Shown one piece after another: positions 8,604 through 16,633 of a stretch of 43,105 bases of DNA (its first letter is position 1; every line of letters starts with the position of its first letter). The position numbers were made by a program, and so were the translations under genes. Below the pieces are notes generated by a model, which was given only the letters and a program-made list of their open reading frames with translations, did not search any database and had not been told where the DNA came from. This stretch comes from a virus (lineage: Duplodnaviria; Caudoviricetes), in IMG/VR virus record IMGVR_UViG_3300023184_000234, positions 1 through 43,105 of that record, one strand, 5' to 3'.

Positions 8604-10191
8604 ACAAAAAACATTAAGAGATATCATCAAGGCAGAGTATAAAAAGTGTCTTGAAAATCCGATGTACTTTATGAAGAAGTACGTCAAAATTCAACATCCT
8701 AAACGTGGAACAATACCATTTGAATTGTATCCGTTTCAGGACGAATCTCTTCAACAAATTATCGACAACGACTATAATATTATTTTAAAAAGTCGTCAAT
8801 TGGGTATTACTACATTGAGTAGTGCGTATAGTTTGTGGATGATGATATTTCACAGTGACAAAAACATTTTGTGTATCAGTATTACACAAGAAACGTCGAA
8901 AGAAATTGTCACCCGTGTTAGGTTTGCAAATGATAATCTTCCATCTTGGTTGAAAGTAAAAGAACAAGAAGATAATAGGTTAAGTTTGAGATTAACAAAC
9001 GGTTCTCAAATTAAAGCAGTATCTTCTTCTGGAACAGCTGGTCGTTCTTCTGCACTATCAATGTTGATTATTGATGAAGCTGCATTTATTGATAACATTG
9101 ATGAAATTTGGACATCTGCTCAATCGACACTATCTACCGGTGGTAAAGCTATTGTATTATCTACTCCTAATGGTGTTGGTAATTTCTTCCATAGAACATG
9201 GGTAGATGCAGAAGCAAAAAAGAATAAGTTTCATACGATTAAGTTACCATGGCATCTTCATCCAGAAAGAGATCAGTCTTGGCGGGACGAACAAACTAAG
9301 TTATTGGGACCAAAAATGGCTGCGCAGGAATGCGATTGTGATTTTGCAACATCCGGTAATACTGTCATTGATGTTCCTATATTGGACTTTTACAAACAAA
9401 CTAAAGTACGTGATCCAATTGAAACAAGAGGAATGGATAAGTCTTTATGGTTATGGGAGTATCCAGATTATACTCGTTCGTATTTGGTATGCGCTGACGT
9501 TGCTCGTGGTGATGGTGCTGACTATAGTGCATTCCACGTTATTGACGTTGAAAGTTTCACACAGGTTGCTGAGTATAAAGGTCAAGTTGGTACTAAAGAT
9601 TATGGAAACATGTTGGTCAATATTGCAACTGAGTATAATAATGCTTTGTTGGTTATTGAAAATCTGAATATTGGTTGGGGTACAATTCAACAGGTATTAG
9701 ATAGAAAATACCCCAATTTGTTTTATAGCAGTGCGGATCTAAAATATGTTGATGTTGAACATCAAATGACTAATCGTATACATGCAACGGAGAAGAAAAT
9801 GACTCCGGGTTTTACAACTACTTCTGTAACTCGTCAGTTAATTATTTCACGTTTGGAAAGTTATATGCGTGAAAAGTCGATCAATATTCAATCAGTACGT
9901 ACTATTGATGAACTATATACATTTATATGGCACAATGGTAAAGCAGAAGCAATGAGAAATTATAATGATGACTTAGTAATGTCATTTTCTATAGGATTAT
10001 GGGTACGTGATACCGCATTAAAGTTGAGACAACAATCAGTTGATCTTACACGTAATATGTTGAGTAATATCAATAGGTCTGAACAACAAAGTGCTCCAGT
10101 TTATACAACTAAAAATGCAAATGCACAACAGTCGTGGGAAATGCCAACTGGATTAAAAGATCAAAAAGAAAGTTTAACTTGGTTATTATAA
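8593..10191 (+). CDS. terL: terminase large subunit (T4 gp17-like)
   Basis: LYPFQ Q-motif, KSRQLGITT Walker A, LIIDEAAF Walker B, LSTPNG coupling motif, nuclease ADVARGDGADYS and NDDLVMS. Confidence 0.96.
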   Translation: MSSEQKTLRDIIKAEYKKCLENPMYFMKKYVKIQHPKRGTIPFELYPFQDESLQQIIDNDYNIILKSRQLGITTLSSAYSLWMMIFHSDKNILCISITQETSKEIVTRVRFANDNLPSWLKVKEQEDNRLSLRLTNGSQIKAVSSSGTAGRSSALSMLIIDEAAFIDNIDEIWTSAQSTLSTGGKAIVLSTPNGVGNFFHRTWVDAEAKKNKFHTIKLPWHLHPERDQSWRDEQTKLLGPKMAAQECDCDFATSGNTVIDVPILDFYKQTKVRDPIETRGMDKSLWLWEYPDYTRSYLVCADVARGDGADYSAFHVIDVESFTQVAEYKGQVGTKDYGNMLVNIATEYNNALLVIENLNIGWGTIQQVLDRKYPNLFYSSADLKYVDVEHQMTNRIHATEKKMTPGFTTTSVTRQLIISRLESYMREKSINIQSVRTIDELYTFIWHNGKAEAMRNYNDDLVMSFSIGLWVRDTALKLRQQSVDLTRNMLSNINRSEQQSAPVYTTKNANAQQSWEMPTGLKDQKESLTWLL

Positions 10192-10233
10192 CACAGTTTC
10201 ACTATTTATTTACGAAATATATAATGTAATCAT

Positions 10234-12117
10234 ATGGCAGATCAACCAACCGATTTAAAGAGCAGATCATTATTTGCTCGTCTCAGAAGACTTTTCTCGA
10301 CAGATGTTATTGTACGTAATATTGGTGGTAAAAAGTTAAAAGTAGTTGATACAGATGAAGTAGCATACGCTACTGATAGAAATACATTACGTGACCGTTT
10401 TAATCGTATTCGTACTTCTGCATACAACCAATATAGCAGAGATTTTACACTCAGTTATCAAGCAGCACGTATTGAACTCTTTAGAGATTATGATACGATG
10501 GACATGGATCCAATTCTAAGTTCCGCTCTAGACATTTATGCTGATGAATCACTTACTCGTAATGAGATGGGTGACATGTTAGTAATTAATACACCAAATG
10601 ATAATATCAAACAGATTTTACGTAATCTGTATTATGATATTATGAATATCGAATTTAATCTTTGGAGTTATGTTCGTAACATGTGTAAATATGGTGACTT
10701 TTACCTTCGATTATACATTAGTCCAGAATATGGTGTTTACATGATTGAACCAATCAGTGCTTATAATGTAACCCGTGTTGAAAATAGTGACTTGTATAAC
10801 AAGAACTATATTAAGTTTCAAGTCAATTTACCAGATGGTGGTAAGGTAGAAGATCTTGAAAATTATCAAGTAGCACACTTTCGTTTGTTGAGTGATAGTA
10901 ATTTCTTGCCATATGGTAAGAGTATGATGGAAGGTGCTCGTCGTGTTTGGAAACAATTGAGTTTGATGGAAGACGCAATGTTGATTCATCGTATCATGCG
11001 TGCTCCTGAAAAACGCATTTTCAAGATTGATGTTGGTAATATTCCTCCGAATGAAATCGATTCATACATGGAAAAGTTAATTGCAAAGACTAAAAAGGTT
11101 CCATATATCGATGAAAAAAGTGGCGATTACAATCTTCGTTTCAATCTTCAAAACATGGTTGAAGATTTTTATCTTCCTGTTCGTGGTGGTGATAGTGGTA
11201 CCAGTATTGAATCTCTTAGTGGTATGGAATTTACTGGTACAGACGATATTGAATATCTCCGTAAGAAGATGATGGCTGCCCTTAAGATTCCTAAAGCGTT
11301 CTTGAGTTACGATGAAGATTTAAGCGGTAAGGCCACTTTAGCACAAGAAGATGTTCGTTTTTCACGTACAATTGAACGTATTCAACGTATTCTTATTAGT
11401 GAATTGACCAAGATTGGTATTGTTCACTTGTATGCTCAGGGATATAGAGATGCAAGTTTGGTAGACTTTAGTTTGGAATTAGTCAATCCATCAACGGTGT
11501 TTGAAAAGGAAAAGATTGATATTTGGTCAAATAAAGTAAGTGTTGCTAAAGACATGATTGAAAACAAATTATTTAGCAAGAAGTGGGTATATGATAATGT
11601 ATTTCATATGTCTGAGGACGATATGAATACTGTTAAAAATGAAATTGTTGATGATTCAAAACAATCATATAGATTCAAACAAATCGAAGAAGAAGGAAAT
11701 GATCCTGCTAAATCATTCCAAAAAATAAGTCCTGAAGGTGATGGCGGAGGAGGAGGAGGAGGAGGCGGAGAAACAGGTGGTGGAGCTGAAGCTGGTGGCG
11801 GAGAAGTTCCTACATTAAAGGAAAAACAAAAACCGGATTCGGATTATGAACGTCCGTCACAAAAAGGACAAAAAAAGTCATCGGACTATCCATTTGGTGA
11901 AGATGTTACCGGTCGTTTGGAAATGAATAGGGACTTTAAGTCTGACCGATCACCTACACACAAGTACGCTGGAGGATCAGTGTTTAGTTTAGAAAATATA
12001 TCCAAAGAGTTAGTTAGCTTAGATTCATTTTTAAAAACATATAAACAAGAAAAAGAAACTTTGTTGTCGGAAAATAAACAAAAATCTATAATGGATGAGT
12101 CTAATATATTAGAATAA
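10234..12117 (+). CDS. portal protein (T4 gp20-like)
   Basis: YDTMDMDPILSSALDIYADE, WKQLSLMEDAMLIHRIMRAPEKRIFKIDVGN, EDFYLPVRG, DDIEYLRKKMMAALKIPK are T4-type portal motifs. Follows terL. TATTTATT at 10203-10210. Confidence 0.95.
   Translation: MADQPTDLKSRSLFARLRRLFSTDVIVRNIGGKKLKVVDTDEVAYATDRNTLRDRFNRIRTSAYNQYSRDFTLSYQAARIELFRDYDTMDMDPILSSALDIYADESLTRNEMGDMLVINTPNDNIKQILRNLYYDIMNIEFNLWSYVRNMCKYGDFYLRLYISPEYGVYMIEPISAYNVTRVENSDLYNKNYIKFQVNLPDGGKVEDLENYQVAHFRLLSDSNFLPYGKSMMEGARRVWKQLSLMEDAMLIHRIMRAPEKRIFKIDVGNIPPNEIDSYMEKLIAKTKKVPYIDEKSGDYNLRFNLQNMVEDFYLPVRGGDSGTSIESLSGMEFTGTDDIEYLRKKMMAALKIPKAFLSYDEDLSGKATLAQEDVRFSRTIERIQRILISELTKIGIVHLYAQGYRDASLVDFSLELVNPSTVFEKEKIDIWSNKVSVAKDMIENKLFSKKWVYDNVFHMSEDDMNTVKNEIVDDSKQSYRFKQIEEEGNDPAKSFQKISPEGDGGGGGGGGGETGGGAEAGGGEVPTLKEKQKPDSDYERPSQKGQKKSSDYPFGEDVTGRLEMNRDFKSDRSPTHKYAGGSVFSLENISKELVSLDSFLKTYKQEKETLLSENKQKSIMDESNILE
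11743..11769 (+). repeat. (GGA)n poly-Gly tract in the portal C-terminal tail
   Basis: GGC(GGA)6GGCGGA encodes nine Gly. Confidence 0.8.
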
Positions 12118-12173
12118 TACAAATATGGGAGTTTCATCAAAAATTGATATATTTATAAATCATAACTAATAAT

Positions 12174-13037
12174 ATGCAAAAATCTAAGCATTCAAAGTTC
12201 AAAAATACAGGAATTTTGTTTGAGTTGCTTACTAGACAAATTACCGCAGATATTATTGCAGGTAAAGACGAGTCAGCAGCCAAACAAATTTTGTTCAAGT
12301 ATTTTTCTGAGAATACAGAATTGGGTAAGGAATATCAACTATATAATTTTTTATTAAATGAAAAGGCTAGAGATACTTCTCATGCTGAAAGAATCATAAG
12401 TGTTGTATTGGAATCACGGTCACAATTAAATGACAAAAATTTAACACAACAAAAGTATGATTTGATACGTGAAATCAAGGACATATATCCAATTGACAGC
12501 TTTTTAAAGGCAAATATTAAAAACTATCGTATTTTGGCTTCCATTTATAAGATTTTTGAAAACAAAACTGCCTCCAAATTTGATGTACAAGAAGTAGTTC
12601 AATCAAGAGAATCCATCATTGAATCACTTTGTAACGCCGTATCAAAGAAACCTGATACCGATGAAAATCTTTTGGAATACTACAAACAACAAAGTGAAGA
12701 TATTAGATTGCTTGCATATAAATTGTTGTTAGAAGGTATCAATACCAAATATAAAGATTTTGATGACAGTCAAAAGAAATTGATACGTGAATATATTCTT
12801 AATGTCTCTAATACCAATTCTCTTTCAAACTATGTTTGTGAAGAAATTGAAAAGATTAAACAGATTATTGTCAACTCAAAGAATAAAATCACTGATAATC
12901 AGGTGATTGCAATCAAACTTTCCGAAATCACAAATGTTTTGGACAAAGTAAAACCTACAACCGTTGTAAAAGACAATCATATTATGGCACTATTATTGTC
13001 ATATGAATTGGTCAAAGAACTTAATAATTTGAAATAA
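12174..13037 (+). CDS. hypothetical head-cluster protein (KHSKFKNTGILFELL N-terminus)
   Basis: 287-aa helical ORF directly after portal. TATTTATA at 12150-12157. Confidence 0.75.
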   Translation: MQKSKHSKFKNTGILFELLTRQITADIIAGKDESAAKQILFKYFSENTELGKEYQLYNFLLNEKARDTSHAERIISVVLESRSQLNDKNLTQQKYDLIREIKDIYPIDSFLKANIKNYRILASIYKIFENKTASKFDVQEVVQSRESIIESLCNAVSKKPDTDENLLEYYKQQSEDIRLLAYKLLLEGINTKYKDFDDSQKKLIREYILNVSNTNSLSNYVCEEIEKIKQIIVNSKNKITDNQVIAIKLSEITNVLDKVKPTTVVKDNHIMALLLSYELVKELNNLK

Positions 13038-13038
13038 T

Positions 13039-13740
13039 ATGAGTAAACAAAAGAAACCAGATTTGATCACCGGAGAAGATGAAGCCAAGTTGAAAGAACT
13101 TATCAAGAAATTGATTAAACAAGAACTACAAGATCTTGATGAAACATCAACAACTAGTGGAACTGGTGGAACCGGTGGAATTGATGGATTTTCCACCCCA
13201 TTTGCATTTTCTAAAAAAGGCGGCACTAACAATGCAACCAAAGCTACATTGAAACAAAATCCGGGTTCAAAGCTTGCAGAAAAAGAAGGAGAACTTGACG
13301 AAAAGAAAGATCACAAGAAGAAAAAGAAACCTGACGCTGATGGTGATGGTGTTCCTGACTGGGCAGATAAACATCCCGGTAAGAATGATGCTGACTTTGA
13401 AAAGAAATCAAAGAAAAAGATGGTCTGGAAAAAGGGAGTTGAAAAACTTCAAAAAGATCTTGATGCACTAGACGAAAACGAAAAGAAGTTGAATGAAGCA
13501 GTCTCACGTTATGCTCGTTTGAAAGAAAATCCCAAGAGACCTTCCTACAAAGTATCTTTGATTACTCAAGAAATTACAAAGATGCTCAGAGAAGTTGACT
13601 TTTTAATGAGTGTCAATCAAAGACTCAAAACCGAAATGAACGTACCAAACGAAGAACTTTGGAAGCGTACATCAGGTAGAATGGCTGAGATTAAAGCCAG
13701 ACTTAAGTCTATTAGTGAAAAATTAAGAAAAATACAATAA
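13039..13740 (+). CDS. putative head/internal protein with several LxE sites and a DxDxDG motif
   Basis: LKELIKKLIKQELQDLDE leader, STPFAF motif, DADGDGVPDWADKHP, ELDE/ALDE/KLNE sites, C-terminal coiled coil. Confidence 0.7.
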   Translation: MSKQKKPDLITGEDEAKLKELIKKLIKQELQDLDETSTTSGTGGTGGIDGFSTPFAFSKKGGTNNATKATLKQNPGSKLAEKEGELDEKKDHKKKKKPDADGDGVPDWADKHPGKNDADFEKKSKKKMVWKKGVEKLQKDLDALDENEKKLNEAVSRYARLKENPKRPSYKVSLITQEITKMLREVDFLMSVNQRLKTEMNVPNEELWKRTSGRMAEIKARLKSISEKLRKIQ

Positions 13741-13741
13741 T

Positions 13742-14260
13742 ATGATTTCATTGGTAAAACTTATTACTGAAGATGATGGTGCACCACAACACTTCGGTAC
13801 ATCAACCGCAGGTGGTCAACCACTACCATCAACATCTGTAGACTATAACGTTAGTTCAGAATTCAGTGAATTTGAAGCTAAAATTGCAAGAACTACAGCA
13901 GAATCTAAAGCTGCGTTTTTACGTAATTTGAATAGTCGGGTATTGAATAAGAAAGTATCAATACAAGCATCTAAGGGATATGGTCAACCAGTACGTGATT
14001 ATGAAATCTCTGTTACTAGTACCAGTCTTGATTACTTTTATGATCGTTATGTTGTGATTTTAAGAGACGAAGATGATAAGGAATACTTTTTGAAGCCTGG
14101 ATTCAAGATTACAATTTTGGGTCAGGGTGAAGCTTTGAAAGTCAAAGAACCTAAAGAACCTAAAACTGCTGAACCGGGAACAAAAGCAACCACAGCTGCT
14201 GGTCAAGCAGTTGTTCAAGCTGTGACTCCTCAACCTAAATCAGAACCAAAACAAGCTTAA
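13742..14260 (+). CDS. hypothetical protein with putative capsid-targeting leader
   Basis: Starts MISLVKLITE. Tightly packed between head genes. Confidence 0.7.
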   Translation: MISLVKLITEDDGAPQHFGTSTAGGQPLPSTSVDYNVSSEFSEFEAKIARTTAESKAAFLRNLNSRVLNKKVSIQASKGYGQPVRDYEISVTSTSLDYFYDRYVVILRDEDDKEYFLKPGFKITILGQGEALKVKEPKEPKTAEPGTKATTAAGQAVVQAVTPQPKSEPKQA

Positions 14261-14262
14261 TT

Positions 14263-14874
14263 ATGGATAAAACAGTACAAACAGGTTGGATTTTCTTTGA
14301 ACCAATTAGTAGTCAATTGAATGAAGGAACAGATGATCCTTCTAAACCATTGATTGTTCAAGGAGTTCTTCAACGTGCAAATGCAAAGAATCAAAACGGA
14401 CGTGTATATCCAAAAGACATTTTGGAACGTGAAGTCAAGAAGTACGATGATAACTTTGTAAAAGAACGCCGTGCATTGGGCGAATTAGACCACCCAGATA
14501 GCAGCGTTGTCAATCTTCAACATGTCAGCCATAACGTCGTCGAAATGATGTGGAACGGTGATGACTTGGTAGGTAAAGTTGAAATACTTCCTACACCAAG
14601 TGGTAACATTTTAAAAGCATTGTTCAAAGCTGGAGTTAAATTGGGTATTAGTAGTCGTGGTCTTGGAAGTGTACGTAAAAATGTAAGAGAAAATGCGGAT
14701 GAAGTTCAAGATGACTTTGAATTAATTGCATTTGATTTTGTTAGTAATCCATCAACTAGAGGTGCATTTTTATTTCCGTCTAGTGCACTAAATGAATCGG
14801 TACAAAATACTACGATTAACAAATATTCTAAAATTGAATTGTTGATTCACGATATTATTTCGGAAGTTAAATAA
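14263..14874 (+). CDS. prohead core protease (T4 gp21-like)
   Basis: GVLQRANAKNQNGRVYP, ALGELDHP, VSH (catalytic His), LGISSRGLGS (catalytic Ser), FDFVSNPS. Confidence 0.96.
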   Translation: MDKTVQTGWIFFEPISSQLNEGTDDPSKPLIVQGVLQRANAKNQNGRVYPKDILEREVKKYDDNFVKERRALGELDHPDSSVVNLQHVSHNVVEMMWNGDDLVGKVEILPTPSGNILKALFKAGVKLGISSRGLGSVRKNVRENADEVQDDFELIAFDFVSNPSTRGAFLFPSSALNESVQNTTINKYSKIELLIHDIISEVK

Positions 14875-14880
14875 TACTAC

Positions 14881-14908
14881 AACACAACATTTTTATGTTG
14901 TGTTTTTT
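14881..14908 (+). terminator. intrinsic terminator after the protease gene
   Basis: AACACAACAT-TTTT-ATGTTGTGTT perfect 10-bp stem followed by a T run. Confidence 0.75.
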
Positions 14909-14946
14909 GCATTTGTTTCATAATTATCATCAAATACAAACGCAAT

Positions 14947-16617
14947 ATGATGAAAAATTGGATACAAAATAATCTACTATCAAACGGAAAGTTGATTTCT
15001 AAAAAGTGTTTGGTTACTTGGTTTGAAAAGACTGGACAACTGAATGTATATAATGATGTTCTTCAATCGACTTCTTATTTGAACAATCCAACATTTCCTC
15101 AAAGAATATGGCATATTGTAAATGATATAACGATTCAACCTATTTGTAAAAATCCGAATTGTAAAAATGTAACTACATTTACTACTTTTACGAAAGGATA
15201 TTTAAGAACATGTTCACCGAGTTGTGCACAGTTGGATGAACAAACAGTTTCTAAAATCAAATCTACAAACATAAAAAGATACGGCTGTGAATATGGGTTG
15301 AGTAATAAAGATATCATTGATAAAAAAAAGAAAACATGTGTTAAAAATTATGGCGTTGATAATCCCACCAAATCAGACGAGGTTTTAAATCGTATAAAAA
15401 GTACCAATTTAAGTAAATTTGGAGTTGAATGGATTTTATCGAACCAAGTTAAAAAAGAAAACGCTGTATTCGATAAATATGGGGTAAAAAACATACAACA
15501 ATCCGAAGAGGTAAAAAATAAAACAACAAAGTCCAGAAGATCTAAATTTTATGATTCACTGTTAACAACCGACAGGTTACGTTCAAAGGTAGATGTATTG
15601 TTTACTAAAGAAGAATACATTGAATGTGGATATTATACATCATTTAAATTTAGATGTAAGACATGTTCAACTGAATTTTTAGATTGTCTTGAAGATGGTG
15701 ACGTTCCTGTATGTCCGACATGTAACAAACTATCATCTACATTTCAAACAGAAGTTTATGATTTTATTGTAAGTCTTAATATTACCCCGGTTGAAAAGAA
15801 TGTAAGAACTATCATTAATCCACTTGAAATAGATCTTTATTTGTCAGAAAAGAAATTGGCAATCGAATGTAATGGATTGTATTGGCATGGAGAAATTAAT
15901 GGCAATAAATCTAAAAATTACCATTTAAACAAAACTCAACTTTGTGAGAAAAAAGGTATTAGGTTAATTCATATTTTTGAAGATGAATGGAGGTTCAAAA
16001 AAGATATTGTGAAAAGTAGGATACGTTCAATACTTTCAGTTACAACCAATACTATTTTTGCAAGAAAATGTGAAATTCGTGAAGTTGATGTTAAAACCTC
16101 AACAAACTTTTTGACGTGTAATCATCTTCAAGGAAAAGATAATAGTTCTATCAAGTTAGGACTTTATCATAATGATGAATTGGTTTCATTAATGACATTT
16201 GGAAAACTTAGAACTGCTCTTGGAAATAAATCAATAATAGATACATACGAGTTGTATCGATTTTGTTCCAAACTTGATACATCAGTGACCGGAGGTGCAA
16301 GTAAATTAATTAAATACTTCATCAAAAATTATAATCCTTCAAAAATTGTAAGTTATGCCGATAGACGGTGGTCGGTGGGAAATTTGTATACATCAATTGG
16401 TTTTATTAAAAAATCTAACGGCGTTCCTAATTATTGGTATTTCGGAAAAGGAAACTCATATAAAAGATATCATCGGTATGGATACGCAAAACATACACTA
16501 TCCAATAAGATTGAAATATTTGATCCAAACCTAACAGAATGGGAAAATATGAGAACAAATAAATGGGATAGAATATGGGATTGTGGGTCTTTAAAATTTG
16601 AATTATTTATAAAGTAA
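14947..16617 (+). CDS. Hef-like homing endonuclease (Zn ribbons, YGV repeats, PD-(D/E)xK/Vsr-like nuclease, C-terminal domain)
   Basis: CKNPNC, CSPSC, CKTC, CPTC. Repeated KRYGCE/KNYGVDN/KFGVEW/KYGVKN units. LEIDLYLSEKKLAIECNGLYWH nuclease motif. ARKCEIREV...NHLQG...GGASKL...SYADRRWS...RIWDCG C-terminal region. Free-standing between head genes. Confidence 0.78.
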   Translation: MMKNWIQNNLLSNGKLISKKCLVTWFEKTGQLNVYNDVLQSTSYLNNPTFPQRIWHIVNDITIQPICKNPNCKNVTTFTTFTKGYLRTCSPSCAQLDEQTVSKIKSTNIKRYGCEYGLSNKDIIDKKKKTCVKNYGVDNPTKSDEVLNRIKSTNLSKFGVEWILSNQVKKENAVFDKYGVKNIQQSEEVKNKTTKSRRSKFYDSLLTTDRLRSKVDVLFTKEEYIECGYYTSFKFRCKTCSTEFLDCLEDGDVPVCPTCNKLSSTFQTEVYDFIVSLNITPVEKNVRTIINPLEIDLYLSEKKLAIECNGLYWHGEINGNKSKNYHLNKTQLCEKKGIRLIHIFEDEWRFKKDIVKSRIRSILSVTTNTIFARKCEIREVDVKTSTNFLTCNHLQGKDNSSIKLGLYHNDELVSLMTFGKLRTALGNKSIIDTYELYRFCSKLDTSVTGGASKLIKYFIKNYNPSKIVSYADRRWSVGNLYTSIGFIKKSNGVPNYWYFGKGNSYKRYHRYGYAKHTLSNKIEIFDPNLTEWENMRTNKWDRIWDCGSLKFELFIK

Positions 16618-16633
16618 TACCTATTTATTTGAT

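Noticed and set aside
8593-12117. Introns or inteins in terminase or portal
   Set aside because: Both are continuous and of expected size, with no intein splice motifs or embedded endonuclease domains seen.
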